Notes: a model not told the origin generated them from the letters alone. Positions 15,300 to 30,025 are shown, counted from the stretch's first letter. The stretch is DNA of 64,000 nucleotides from Chrysomallon squamiferum (GCA_012295275.1 CM022677.1:434001-498000); one strand, 5' to 3'. Numbers and translations: made by a program.

Positions 15300-15515
15300 A
15301 ATTGAGTCAAATCAAATACAGTGAAATCAGTGAAATGAAACTAAATGAAATGAATAAAATGCAGTGCGGTGCAGAGAAATACACTACAATGCAGTAAATG
15401 AACTGAACTGAAATTAAATGAACTAATGATAAAATACAATAAAATTAATGAAACAAAATACAATGAAATGAATAAAATGATTCACAATGAAATGAAATGC
15501 AATACAATGCTAAAT
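15300..15515. repeat. Degenerate (GAAAT)n-type pentamer satellite
   Basis: TGAAATGAAA / AATAC / AACTG variants. Confidence 0.65.
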
Positions 15516-16835
15516 TTGATTTTGTCTGCAATAAATGGCTTTTTGACAGTAAGTAAAAAAATCATGAAAATAATTAAACGACAACCCATTCCATTTGAAT
15601 GATATCAACCTTCATTTTACATGGTAAATTGTATAATATTGTTTATGCATCTCTGAATATTATTTTAATTTTAATAATAATGTTGGGGATTTTTTGTGGT
15701 TTTTTTTTCAGGATCCTTTATCGTAAGTTTGTTTTGAGAATGAAAGAAAATGTGAGAAGTGACATGATTCTAAGTGACTTGTTGTGTTTATCTCCAAGTT
15801 CATCAAGTTTTCTCAACATACTTAACAAACTAAAGAGAAGAAACAGCAGACGATAAAACCACAACAAATATGAAGGACTAAATGCTTGAAGAATTTTGAG
15901 AGCTTTTAAAAAGTTCCACACCAAAAGTAATATTTTAAAAACAGTTACTTGTTACGTGGACTGCACTTACTGAAGAATTTATAAATCAGTGAAACTGTGA
16001 TTTCAGATTCAAAGTGTCATTCATGCAAGATACAGTCAGACATAGACCACTAGACAGAATATTTGGACCAGACAGTCTGAAAAAGAAATTGTTTTAAAAA
16101 TGTCTGATGTAGAAATCCTTGACTTACGGCTTAAAATACCTACAAATTGTATAGCTCAAGGGAGATAACTTGATTATTATAATTTTTTTCTTTTTATTAA
16201 TCTACTGGTAATGATTTATGAAATATTAAGTTAATAAAACATAAAATGGAAGAAGACCTGTTGTTTGGAAGATATTTTCTTAATGATTAATTTGCAGTTT
16301 ACATTATATGTCAAGTTGTTCAGTAATTTAAAAAAAGTTCTAACCATAGTTTTGATGTTCTTTTATTTTTTATTTTTTTTATTAATACTTTTATATTGGA
16401 TAAATCAGAAATCTTTTCACTTTTATGTTTTATAGCAGTTTAAAACATTTTAAACAATTTTTAATTTGAAAGTTCAGAAATATCTTGTACCATGTTTTTC
16501 TAAATTTTTAATTATGGATTTTGTTGAGGGTTTTCTAAAATTATCTTTTCATATGCAAAAGGAGTTTTGATGTTGATCTTTTGTTTTTCTTGTTGAAATT
16601 AATGTTTCAAATTATTTTGTTCTCTGTTTTTCATTACATATTTTTAGCTGGCATTTTCAGCAGACTTGAGAAACAATTTTCTAAGAGTGAGGAATATTTT
16701 TATTTATATAGTTTTGAATAACAGAAATAATAGATGTATGTTTGTAATAAAAGTAAATAAGTAAATAAATAAACAGAAAACAAATAAATACTGTAAATAA
16801 AAGAACTTACTGGTAGAACTGGCTGTTGAACATTG

Positions 16836-17760
16836 TTTCCATACTGGACTTGTTTGTATTATTTCACACTGGTCTCTTGTTTCCAAACTGGACTTGTACT
16901 TGTTTGTATTATTTCACACTGGTCTCTTGTTTCCATACTGGACTTGTTTGTATTATTTCACACTGGTCTCTTGTTTCCATACTGGACTTGTTTGTATTAT
17001 TTCACACTGGCCTCTTGTTTCCATACTGGACTTGTTTGTATTATTTCACACTGGCCTCTTGTTTCCATACTGGACTTGTTTGTATTATTTCACACTGGCC
17101 TCTTGTTTCCATACTGGACTTGTTTGTATTATTTCACACTGGTCTCTTGTTTCCATACTGGACTTGTACTTGTTTGTATTATTTCACACTGGTCTCTTGT
17201 TTCCATACTGGACTTGTACTTGTTTGTATTATTTCACACTGGTCTCTTGTTTCCATACTGGACTTGTTTGTATTATTTCACACTGGTCTCTTGTTTCCAT
17301 ACTGGACTTGTTTGTATTATTTCACACTGGTCTCTTGTTTCCATACTGGACTTGTTTGTATTATTTCACACTGGTCTCGTTCCTGTACTGGACTTGTACT
17401 TGTTTGTATTATTTCACACTGGTCTCTTGTTCCAATACTGGACTTGTACTTGTTTGTATTATTTCACACTGGTCTCTTGTTTCCATACTGGACTTGTACA
17501 TGTTTGTATTATTTCACACTGGTCTCTTGTTTCCATACTGGACTTGTTTGTATTATTTCACACTGGTCTCTTGTTCCCATACTGGACTTGTACTTGTTTG
17601 TATTATTTCACACTGGTCTCTTGTTCCAATACTGGACTTGTACTTGTTTGTATTATTTCACACTGGTCTCTTGTTTCCATACTGGACTTGTACTTGTTTG
17701 TATTATTTCACACTGGCCTCTTGTTTCCATACTGGACTTGTACTTGTTTGTATTATTACA
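16836..17760. repeat. Homogeneous minisatellite with 44-bp and 50-bp unit variants, about 20 copies
   Basis: Unit TTTCCATACTGGACTTGT(ACTTGT)TTGTATTATTTCACACTGGTCTCTTG; units start at 16836, 16880, 16930. Confidence 0.97.
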
Positions 17761-18834
17761 TCTAAATTTAAATAAATGAATAAAACAATAAATAAATAAA
17801 GGGGAAAAAAGAATAACAAATAGTAATAAAAGAAAGAAAGAAAGGTTATTCAGTGTTAGATTTTGGCTGTTAAAAGCAGAGAATAAAAATAGCCAGATGA
17901 TTTAGAAAAAAAGGAGAAAAGTCTTGTATTGCCACCAGAGTTTAAATTATGAAAACTGTTGGCCATACATTCCTTTGAAGTGTATTCCTGAAGTTTTATT
18001 CCTTACATTAGCATGGCTCATTTACTATAAATATAATCTCTCCACACACACACACACACACACACACAGATTTACCATTCAGATTTGGCCTTCAGACTTA
18101 CCATTTTTACATGACCAGTAAGCACGGTAACTGCCCTGCATGTTATCTTTTTGTCCTTCCAAAAGAAGAAAGAAAAAATAATGTTTATATTTTATTTACA
18201 CACACACACGTTTAACACATTTTTCAAAGAGTATTTATCTTTTTGCAGAATGTTAAACTGTGTGTATGTGTGCATGTGTGTTTTTATGTGTATTTTGTTT
18301 TGTTCTGGAGATGCTTGTCGAGATGCTCAGTCAAATGAAAAAAGTGTTTTCTTTTATCGGTTCTTAATTCTCTCTATCTCTCACACACACACACACACAC
18401 ACAAACACACACACTCAGACAAACATAATTATTTTTTAAAAGTAATAAAACTAATAATAAAATGAACAAAAGTATAATTAAAGAAATAAGATATTCCCTA
18501 TTTTTTTTTTTTTTTTTTTTTTTTTTTGGAACCATGATTTTTTATTATTCAAATGAATACCCAAATTAAATTTACATTTAATTATTAATATATTTAAAAG
18601 TTCAGTCAATATAAAGACATATTTGCTTACTTTGCACTGCACGAGCTATGAACAAAGGGAGATAAATAATTTATTTTAGTATGAAGGACAAGGAATATCA
18701 GCTGAATGTTTGCTATTGATGTGTCTGGTTTCAGTAGCTGGTGAAAGTGAACAACAACCTGTTCGTTTAGCTGTAACGTTACTGCATACTCTCGATACCG
18801 CTGTCATTGTTACAAATTCTGATGCTGCGTGTGG

Positions 18835-19450
18835 TTTCGCTTTTTATAAACTATTGTTCTGTGCGCACCCTATATGAAAAATATTATTATTATTACTACT
18901 GCTGTCGCCGTCGTTGGCGTCGTGTCTGCGTTGTTCTGCACCGTATTCTTGTCTTTGTCATTATTCTTTTGAAGTTTTATTAACTGCTGTCCTTAATTTC
19001 TTAGTGTGTAGAGCCTATTTAAAAATATATTATCCTGTTGCGCATGTTAATAACGTTGTTAAATTTTCATATTTTGTTATAGTCGCCGTAGCTGGCGTCG
19101 TGTAGGAGTTGTTCTTCACACTTTTGGAGTAGTTTTAATTATTCTGTTCCGCTTTTTATTAAGTGTTATCCTCACTTTGTTAGTGTGCGCATCCCACATT
19201 AAAATATATTATTATTGTTTCTATTAATGTCGCCGAGGTTGCTGTCCTGTCTGCATTGTGCATAACATTTTTGAACTACTTCTCTTTCTTATTTTGCGCT
19301 TTTTATTAACTATTGTTCTTCCTTTCGTAGTGTGTGCACCCAAAATTAAAATATGTTATTATTATTATTATTATTAACGTCGCCATCACTGAAGTCGTGC
19401 CTGCTTTGTACTCCTAGTTATGTTGTCTTTTTCAGTAACTGTTATTCTTA
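18835..19450. repeat. Old degenerate tandem repeat, about 4 copies of 145-180 bp
   Basis: Motif order TTTTATTAA..GTGTG/GTGCGCA..AAAATATATTAT..GTCGCC recurs, with GTCGCC at about 18904, 19082, 19228 and 19379. Confidence 0.65.
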
Positions 19451-19870
19451 CAATCGTAGTGTTAAATACTACAAAACAAAAATAAATAAATAAATAAATA
19501 AGAAAGAAAAACTCCTTCAACTAACATCACGGCTGTTTATACGACAAAACCGAGATTGAGCGAAATTTTTTAATGTTTGTTATGGATTCATCAAACCTGA
19601 TCAAAAAGAATTCTCTGTCTTAGAAAAATGAAATATTTTATTATAAACGACATTAACGTTATGAATGATTTTTGTGAAATTAACGTAAAACAGAAGCGTA
19701 GTATCTTCGCTCCACATCTAAATACGAATATGTTCTTTAGACGAAATAATAACATTAAAATTATATTCACGTTATTAAAATTTAATTCTTAATATGCCGT
19801 GCACAATCATCAATAGGAAAACTAGGATTCCTTCGGTAACGTTATTAGCTTTATACAACACAGTACATTG

Positions 19871-19916
<46 letters not shown>

Positions 19917-22074
19917 AAACACACACATTTGTTTTTCCTCAAAATTAATGTCCTTCTCCTTGTATACTGAAAAATGATGGTCCTTCATATTAAGTTATTT
20001 TATTATTAACAGAAACAGGACTATACCGAAAAGCGTGATATGCTAGATGAAGATTGTATTGATGTTACCGACAATATGTGACATTTTATTTGTATCACCA
20101 TAGTAACAGGAGATTCCACGACATAATTTACATCTCTCTCTACATGAAATTACATGACTAACCTAAAACTAACCTTCCGTTTTTACAGAAAAAAAAATAA
20201 TAATAATTATAAAGAAATGAGAAGGTGCGATATTAAGGTGTTATTATTGTTGTCATTGTTCTATTACTGACAAATATAATGGTTGTTATATTGATAATTA
20301 CTGGTGGAGCGTTTATACTAATATCTAATGTAATCAGAGAACTTCAGGTATAATATGAAATCTAAAGTATATTGCAATTGCGCTGACGTACACCTTGAAT
20401 GCAATGAAAAAATAAAACAACATTATCATAATAAAACAACATGTTAACCTTGTTTGTTCTCAGCTAATCACTACAAACTGTCGTGATTCCAGGGAGTTAA
20501 CTCTGAGATGTCTAAATGTAACCTGTACGATATTAACAAAATCTGACATTAACATTTTTCAACATACTTAACAGTAAAAATCACCGCTCAACCAGCATTT
20601 GATTCTCCTTTTTCTTTTTACACGTAATTAAGCCGCTTATTTTCATTATGCCATGTAAAATTATCATTTATGATTGTCATTAATATCTAACAGATTATCT
20701 GTGATTATAAATATTTTGTATAGTATATATATATCATGTAACATTTAAGTTCGACGTACAGTAAAATTACACCTTTTTAGTTCGCGATTTAGAATTAGTA
20801 AAATTATCACATTACTAAAACGGACGTTGTATTTTCAGTGTGTTAGTATTACCGCTACATCTCTGTTGAGAAACTAATGACGTCTAATACAGATAGTGAT
20901 GGCTGCGTTAAAACTGCAAGTGATATTTTCATGACGCTGAGTCAAGTATCTGTGTGTGTCTCTGTGTCTGCTGAACATTAATCTTACCTTTCAGCAACTT
21001 CTTTTCAATGATCCATTTCCCCATCCACGCAATAATCAGGTTTTCATCAAGAGTTAAGAACAATTATGGAACGATGGCAATGACGGCCTCGTTAATAGAA
21101 AGAGTAACGATATTTTTTAACGTAGGATGTGGACACGAATTGCCATACTTAATGAAAGTGAAAAGAATATTTTTTATTTTTTTCAGAGCAGATGTTTTCA
21201 GATGTATTGGTAAATTCCTGGACAATAATAAGCAACTTATTCTAGTGTGAGTTGTAAGCTTTGTGGTTTTATTTGGTGCATTAATATAAATTATAAGAAG
21301 AAAGAAAAAGTAGGTTAAAAAAAAAATAACAACACCGTTTATTTGTTTTATGTGAACGATTGGCTATTAATAAGATAAAACAAAAAATAAATAAATAAAT
21401 AAATAAAAGAAGAACCATATCGATTTATAATTAGTATGTATATTTTAATAAAGGTTGTTATTTTATTTTATTTGTTTTGAACATTATTATTATTATTATT
21501 TTTTATTATTATTATTTTTTTTTAGTATCTTATTTGCGGTAAAATGCGGGATGATTTCGGTCTTTGCGGATTTACTTTCTTGTCAGATGTTCGAAGAATA
21601 GTCTACAGAATTGGGATAATCGCATTATCATGCAACAAAAAAGTTGCTTAAAGTATTTAATTCTGTGAAGGAGACAGGTATTACTATTTATTATTATAAT
21701 TGTTAATGCGTTTGGATTTTTTCGTTTTATTTAATTATAATTTAAAAGTCATACACGTGATGGCAGCCATCTTATTTTGGAATATGTCTTTATTTATTTA
21801 TTTATTTATTTTCATTTTTTTTTTTTTTTTTTTAAATAACGACACTCGATTAATAATAAAATTCACCAGTGGCTGTACTAATGTGAACAGCATAAACAAC
21901 GTCATATAAACAAGAAATCATGTTTAGTCTTTAATTTTGTTTTACCAATCACTGTATGATATATCGGGGGCAAATTTTGTGTGACCAGTAATTAAATTTG
22001 TTTTAAAATAAATTGACTTGTGTAGCACACATCACACGACAACTATGTGTCAACTGTCAAAGGATTTATTTATT

Positions 22075-22141
<67 letters not shown>

Positions 22142-22477
22142 TTTTGAAATAAACTAATAAAATATTTAAAAAAATATGCTAATTTTGTTTCACAGGTTGT
22201 TTTCTGTCAGTTTTTTTTTATGATTTTTGTTTTTAAATTCATGTTAAATTCATGCTCTATACATTATTAAACATATTTAATTGATTTTTTAAACATATTA
22301 AAGGTTATAATGGGTGGGGCTATAAATGGTTTCATTATTTAAGCTAAATACCTGTATAGCTCTATGTTAACAATAAAAACAAATAAAGATAAATACAAAT
22401 TTAAGAAAAATATGACCAGGTTATTTCATATGTAAACACTGTAAAATATTAATAAAATTATTTTTTATAATAATATT

Positions 22478-22519
<42 letters not shown>

Positions 22520-22760
22520 AATATGTTATCCTAAGTGATAACTGTTCTTTGTTTCCCTTCTTTTCTTAATTGTCAATTTTAATTTATTTGAATTTTGTTT
22601 GTTTTGTTCTATTTCCTTCTTTTTTATCTTCTTATTATTATACTACTTTTTGTTATTATTATGTTTTATTTTTTATTATTATTTTTTTAATCTTTATTAT
22701 TATTATTCATTTTCATTTTCTTATCATTACTAATAATTGTTTATTTGGGATGTTTTCCAG

Positions 22761-23335
22761 GACATATGGAGAAAATATCCTGCTACACAATCATTGACCA
22801 GAACCACAATGTAGAGTGCAAGTGCTGCTGGAATATTTATGATATATCGATGGTTTATATTCAGCATGGACAGGAACAAGAAGAAAAGGACAGAGCACCA
22901 CAGAAGTCTGCAGTTTTGTGAAAACAAGCTGATGCTGGTAAAAATACTTCATCTGCTACACTGGCAAACAAAACAACTTGGCAGATGATTGCGATTGCTC
23001 TGCATGACTGTAGCAAAGACAACAGCCAGGAAGTTGAGCAGCAGGTGACGTCTGAGCTTGCATCTCTGAGAATGAAGCTGGACATGAAGATAAAGAAAAC
23101 AGAGAGAAGAAAACAGAGGCTGTAGCTGCAGCAGAACAAGATGAGACTTGGGAAGGCAGCGTTCATGAGAGTGATGTCTCGCCACATTAATGATTCAAAT
23201 GACCAGGCTAGTCCTGTACCTGATTCAGAGTGGTACCAATGCAACCAGGTGCTTGTCCCCTACTTCAGCATCACAAAAATCCAGGCCATTTTCCAAAGAA
23301 GGGATAAAAGAGACTAATGATAATGTGAATCAAGT
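22761..23335 (+). pseudogene. Possible degraded TRIM-like (RING/B-box/coiled-coil) exon
   Basis: GC-richer island after a TTTTCCAG acceptor. Fragments ECKCC, YFICYT, IALHDC are followed by heptad-like EVEQQVTSELASLRMKLDMKIKKTERRKQRL; in-frame stops present. Confidence 0.4.
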
Positions 23336-23395
23336 AATGTGTCAGGCCTTTGTTAGAATGTTTTCAGAAACCTCTCAATGTATGTTTTATTAGTT

Positions 23396-23445
<50 letters not shown>

Positions 23446-24207
23446 AGAAATATTGCATGAATGATAATAATCAAAATAAAATATGCCTTTATCAGACAAA
23501 TGTAGATTGATTAAAAAAAAAAGTATTATGTTCATGTTGGAATTTCTTAAAACTTTGTTTACCATTGATGTTAAATATTTTATGTACGTCATTGCAGTAT
23601 TATTCAGCTGCTGTCTAGAAAGGGAATTTACATTATGGAGAAGGATGAATCAGCTGTACAGAAACTGCAGACTGCACAATTCAAAGTTGTGAGTTTTTTT
23701 TATTTTAGTTTTTTTTATTTCTTATTTTTATTTCTTAGCAAGTAAAATAAGTTGTATAGTAACAACTCTTTACTGATTGTAAAATAGCATAATAATAATC
23801 ATTTGTTTCCTGTTGTTTTGATAATTATTTAAATTATTACCATTATCATTATAATGATTATACAAAGTATATAAAAAATAACCCACACCCCTTTGTGTCT
23901 GAATAATCCATTAACTCGTACCAGTACATTTAAATTTTAATAATAACAGAAACATTAGTTATTTATTTATAACACTTTATTATTTTTATTTTCAGATTGC
24001 ACATACAGCTCTGATTGATGTGCTGTTGTTGACTAGTGAAGTTGTTTCAGTAGAAGGTGCTGTCCAGCACTGAGGATAAAGTTTGTACTGCTGCCACTGG
24101 AAAAGAGACTAAAACAACAACAATTGAACAGGTGAATTTGAGTTTGTTTTCTTATGTATTTCTCATTATTCTAAACCGAATGCAGTTTAATTTAAATTAA
24201 TGTAGGA

Positions 24208-24407
24208 NNNNNNNNNNNNNNNNNNNNNNNNNNNNNNNNNNNNNNNNNNNNNNNNNNNNNNNNNNNNNNNNNNNNNNNNNNNNNNNNNNNNNNNNNNNNN
24301 NNNNNNNNNNNNNNNNNNNNNNNNNNNNNNNNNNNNNNNNNNNNNNNNNNNNNNNNNNNNNNNNNNNNNNNNNNNNNNNNNNNNNNNNNNNNNNNNNNNN
24401 NNNNNNN
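24208..24407. other. Assembly gap (200 N)
   Basis: N run. Confidence 1.
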
Positions 24408-26175
24408 GGATGGAAAGAAAGAAAAGAAGTAAAGATATAAAGAAATAAGAACGAAGGAAAGAAAGAAAAGAAAGAAAACATTGAAGCAGGTTAGCGAATG
24501 AAGAAAACGGAAGAATGAATAAAGATTGAAATAATTAAGTAAACAAATCGAAGTCTGGTACTTTTTAAACACAGCAATCTGTTCACCTTTTATTCGAAAT
24601 AAAATTTAAAATCATATGTAGACTGTATTGATTAGCAGGTTAAGAATTTCCATACTGGATTTCTTCATTTGATTACAGAGAAAGGAAACCGAGAATATTA
24701 ACAGTCTGAAGAAAAAGAAATAAAAGAAAAGTTTATGGGACATGTGTTCACTGTTATATTTAGAGTGTCCTCCCTTATGTGAGATGTGTTCACTGGTATA
24801 TTTAGAGTGGCCTCCCTTATGTGAGATGTGTTCACTTGTATATTTAGAGTGTCCTCCCTTATCCGAGATTTGTTCACTAGTATAGTTACAATAGCCTACC
24901 TCATGCGAGATGTGTTCAGTGGTATTAAGAAAATAACAAAGAAAATTCGATTACAAAAGCATAAATAAACAGTCAGTGAGAGCAGAGTGTATGAACTGAT
25001 TAAAAATGTATGATAAATAAATAATAAATAAATCATAATATGAAAAAAAAAGAATGATGGAAAGAAAGAAAGAAAGGAAACAAAAGATATAAAATATGGA
25101 AAGAAAGAAAGAAAGGTGGAAAAGAAAGAACGAAGGAAAGAAAGAAAAGAAAGAAAACATTGAAGCAGGTTAGCGAATGAACAACACGGAAGAATGAATA
25201 AAGATAGAAATTACTAATAAAAGATATCCAAGCGTGGTACTCTTTAAACGCAGCATTCTTTTCAGCTTTTATTCAAAATAAAATATAAAATCATATGTCG
25301 ACTGCATTGATTAGCAGATTAAGAATTTCCATACTGAATTTCTTCATTTGATTACTGAGAAAGAAAAGAGAGAATACTCACTGACTGAAGAAAAAATAAA
25401 TAAAACTTATGCGAGTTGTGTTCACTGGTGAATTTAGAGTGGCCTCCCTTATGTGACATGTATTCACTGGTATATTTAGAGTGGCTTCCCTTACGTGAGA
25501 TGTGTTCACTGGTATATTTAGAGTGGCTTCCCTTACGTGAGATGTGTTCACTGGTATATTTAGAGTGGCTTCCCTTATGTGAGATGTATTCACTGGTCTT
25601 TAGAGTGGCTTCCCTTATGTGAGATGTGTTCACTGCTCTTTAGAGTCGCCTCCCTTATGTGACATGTGTTCACTGGTATATATAGAGTGGCCACCCTTAT
25701 GTGAGATCTGTTCACTACTTTTTAGAGTCGCCTCCCTTATGTGAGATGTGTTCACTAGTATATTTAGTGTGCCGACCCTTATCCGAGATGTGTTCACTAG
25801 TATAGTTACAATAGCCTACCTCATGTGAGATGTGTTCAGTGATATTAAGAAAATAACAAAGAAAATTCGATTACAAAAGCATAAATAAACAGTCAGTGAG
25901 AGCAGAGTGTATGAACTGATTAAAAAGGTATGATAAATAAATAATAAATAAATCATAATATGAAAAAAAAGAATGATGGAAAGAATGAAAGAAAGGAAAC
26001 AAAAGATAGAAAATATGGAAAGAAAGAAAGAAAAAAAGGTAGAAAAGAAAGAAGTAAAGGCGGAAAGAAAAGAAAGAAAACATTGAAGCAGGTGAGCGAA
26101 TGAACAAAACGGAAGAATGAATAAATATAGAAATAACTAATAAAATATATACAAGCCTGGTACTGTTTAAACGCA
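24408..26175. repeat. Higher-order tandem repeat (units about 680 and 920 bp plus a partial unit) with embedded 42-bp minisatellite arrays
   Basis: GAAAACATTGAAGCAGGT at about 24474, 25153 and 26076. Unit GAGATGTGTTCACTGGTATATTTAGAGTGGCCTCCCTTATGT has about 4 copies at 24740-24920 and about 10 copies at 25410-25842. Confidence 0.9.
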
Positions 26176-28434
26176 GCCCAGCAGACGATATACACATGAT
26201 GTTGCGATGATATCAGAACTTCTCCATTTAGGTATTTCACAGTTTGTCTGTATGTCTGTAAAAATTACATACGATTTGTAAACATTAGTTTATTGGTTAC
26301 GTAAAATGCCCTCGTCGCAGATTTGAGCTTCCTTATAATTTCTTTTCTTTTATTCTATCAGTATTTTGTAACAAGTTTTGGACACCAAATGGATTGTCGA
26401 AACGAGTTAAATCGAACAAACAAACAACAACAAAGATAATAAATAATAATAAGGAACAAATTAAAAAAAACAAAAAATCTGGAATGACATCATTTTACAG
26501 GAAGATATTATTAAAATTTATTTCCTTGAAGAGAGAAAGTAGATGGTTATTAATAATAAAAATTATTTATGTGCTGCCATGTCTGTGTAGAATGTCATCA
26601 AATCCTGCGTAGTTTAAAAAAAGAAAGAAAACAATTGTCAAAATTAAACGAAACAGTATCTGGGTGTTTTTTCCCACTCTGTTTGAAGTCTTATAAGTAA
26701 CTGTATATACTAACACTTAGTTATTTACTACCGAATTTCTGTCATAATGTTGATATAGTGTCACGGAATTCAGATTGCTGAACTTTAATTGTTACTTCAA
26801 ATCACATCCGCTCTTTTATTTTAAGCTATGGAATTGAAATTGGTTAACTTTAATTATTACTACAATCACATCGCTCTTTTTATTGTTTTTCCCAAATTGT
26901 TCAATTCCATGGCGTTGTTATTAAAAAAGGCTGGCTTTTAGTAATTAAGGAGAGAATTAAGCGAAGGAAACGGTGAAGACGAGAATTCAGTCAGGCGGGG
27001 AAACCAAATGTTTTCGAATGACATTTTCTTTACTGACGAGTATGGTAAGCAATTGTCTATTCTTATTTTGATAGGGTGTAATGTGCAATTAACCTGTGTC
27101 AATAAAATTTATTGTACCCAAAAATTTAAGGTTTTAATCTGCATCTGTGCAGATTCTTATTTTGTCTTGGTTCCCTTTATAACCTTACTCGTAGCATTAA
27201 TCAAAATGATTTAAACGTAAGTTTTATAATGTATTATTATCAAGTCACCTGTATATCATAATTAAATAATTAATGTAAACCTTAACTTGCATAGTGAATA
27301 GGTAGACTTATTGATTTATATAGTTTGCTGTCATTTTAGCGTTTATATTCCTTGTTAGGTGGCCATTAAAGCACCTTGTTACCGTACACTGAGCCTTAAT
27401 AAAACATCCAAGGTGTTTAAAGGTGTGACCACGTGACAGTCGTCTCTTTATAACACTCCACAGTGAACCATCATAACACATTTCTGAACAGCAGTATTTA
27501 AACATACTCTAATTAATACGCATTGTAAAATTACACGATTTATACCGTCAGCCAGTTTCATTCATCTGCAGTCATAAAGCAAACCAGTTTTCGTTTTGTG
27601 TCGTATTTCATCAGTAAAGATTGTATTTTCTATGTAGCTATATTTAAAAAAAAACTAAAATAAGAAAACGTTCAGTGCTAACCAGCTTGGTACGGTGTGA
27701 CAACCTCATTAGTGCCTCTTTGCGAGACTTGTTTTTAATTGTAATTTTGTTTTCTTTGTAGTGAATTATAGAATTTCACTAAATCTCTATTGTTATATGC
27801 CCATTAAAGCAGAATGTCTGCTACATTTTATCTTAAATATCTTATTATATTACGATAATATTTATTTAGCTATCTTGTACAATCATGTTTATAATTTATA
27901 TTTTTACAGTCGTTAACTGTTTGCCTAATTAATGACAGAAAATGGTGGTATATACACAAAAACTAAATAGAACGTATGCAGATGTACATGGGCTATTTAG
28001 AAGCTGTATTATATGATTAGGGGAAGTTCCGTTATTTGATAAACTAAGAAACACTGGGGTTTAAGTAACTCAAAATTGGTATTAAAAGCTTCAAAGTAAA
28101 TTCAGAAAGGCTATCTGCAGAGGTGTAGCTATGGGTGTATAAGTAGTCACACGCGTTTTGAACGAGATCTCTTTGATCAGTGCCCTTCTTGAGAGTCTTT
28201 GTCTGCACAAGACAAAGGAAAACGCTGACAATGGTAATTATGGTTTAATGTTTTGTATATGTAAGATAACGTATTTTAATAATTAAAAGATTATTTAGAA
28301 AGATCAAGTAACCAACTGGGCTGAATTAGTTTTGTATTATTTGTCAACGCTATTTGCTTTGATAACGTATCGTCGAATCGTACGATTTAACTATGTAACT
28401 ATATATTACCCTTGAGGGTTAATCTGTGTAAACA

Positions 28435-28509
<75 letters not shown>

Positions 28510-29236
28510 CTTGGAGGGTTAACAGCATATATATTATATAAAACAATTATCCATACTGAATTCGGGTTTGTGTTATTGTTCTCTTGTGGATACAGAATTG
28601 TCATATAATAGTTAAGCTGTCTGAGATAATGAACACCTTGTCACCTGACTCAGACTAGTCACATGACATATGGCACTACCTAAAATCCTTTAAGTTAGCA
28701 TCTCAGAAAACTTATCACTCAACTCCTTGTAATGCCAAAATTAACTGAGAGTTTCTGTCAATATTATAAAGAGGATGGACTGTAATTAAGATTAAAAAAG
28801 AACAAATCACACCATAATGAACGTTTGTAATAGTATGTAAAATGTTTCAATTTGACGAAAGTTTCAAATTTTGAGTTTCACAAATGTCTAATTTTGAACT
28901 GTTGCCATTATCTTTGAATTCAGCTTACGTTAACACGTCACACAGCAAACTGCCTAAATAACAAGTTGGTATTTGCTTCATTAATTAAACTTTTACCTGT
29001 CTGTGTATCAATTTCAGGTGCTGATTTATACAGGTATTTGGAAGACGCGCCAGATCGTGTTGTTCTCATCATCAGCGCTGACCTCGCACACACACATCTC
29101 AGCACTGACCCATACGACTACTCCAACGCATCAGAGCCATTCGACCATGTAAGTACAACCAGTCAGTCGTGCTTGAACCTTTTAAAAACACTTTAACATT
29201 TTACCAGAACAACTGTATCAAAGCAGATATGTTTTT

Positions 29237-29889
29237 CAACAAGAAATCAGACAACAGCAAGATCACACTCAACATCGACAACAACGTCATAACACAAACA
29301 AAGACATTCAAAATTCGACAGTCAACTCAACTTCCGATGCCATACACACAACACAATTGCATCCTGCAATAAAACAATCAAGTTTCTAAAGTTAATTTCC
29401 GGAACCAGTTGGGGAGCAAACGAGTCTACGCTGATTTTGATACACAAAGCGTGTATTCTCTCCAAGCTCGACTACGGAGCCACGGCTTACTCGAATGCTC
29501 CCAAACTCTATTTAAAAAAACTAGACACAATTCAATCAAGTGCCCTCAGGGTGATCGGCCACCTGCCAAACACAACACCATCCGACAGCCTCCTGTCGGA
29601 ATACAGCATCCAATCATTAAAATACAGAAGAAAACTGCAGCTACTAAAATACAACCTGAAAATACACACACTCAACACAGACCACCCGGTCAAGAATCTG
29701 GTCCCCGACCAACAAAGGATAGGACAACTCTTTAAATCGCATAGTCTACTGCTATCGAATTTCCCGACAACAGCTACCGAAATCGAAAGGGAAACAGGAA
29801 TAGGGGAAATGCCACTGCCGGCATACCACAAAGAAACAAAACCAACAATAAACACACCTTTCCTGATCAAAAGAGAAACTGACAAAACA
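29237..29889 (+). mobile_element. I-group (Nimb-like) LINE fragment, post-RT region
   Basis: LKLISGTSWGA..., [29 protein letters not shown]. The host intron alignment breaks after GCAGATATGTTTT. Confidence 0.8.
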
Positions 29890-30025
29890 GTGATCTCGCA
29901 ATTCAATTTTACGTTAGAAGATACCTTTTTCAAACCGCACGCATGCACGCACTCACACAGGCACGCACGCACACACACACAGACACAGACACGCACACAC
30001 ACACAGACACACACAGACACACGCA

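Larger units (their letters stand above)
12330..16170 (+). pseudogene. Decayed multi-exon EGF / calcium-binding-EGF repeat gene (fibrillin- or mucin-like extracellular protein)
   Basis: Exon-like blocks at about 13016-13143 (DLTECTS..CTNRISGFTCSCLAGKKLENDQTTC), 13383-13533, 14530-14642 (CEQGC..EQCLC..LNSDNKTCS) and 15074-15191 (DINECNS..GGYTCTC), with lost cysteines, stops and frameshifts. Outer limits are approximate. Confidence 0.7.

Noticed and set aside
16836-17760. Regular repeats resembling a CRISPR array (also the 42-, 79- and 33-bp arrays)
   Set aside because: No unique spacers, no cas genes, eukaryotic context; these are head-to-tail minisatellites.
21755-21785. CACGTGATGGCAGCCATCTT (E-box / YY1-like or DNA-transposon subterminal motif)
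   Set aside because: Isolated short motif with no supporting element or transcription start.
28150-28190. LINE target site as an snRNA, tRNA or rRNA fragment
   Set aside because: I could not match it to U1-U7, 5S, tRNA or rRNA sequences I know; it needs an Rfam/BLAST search.
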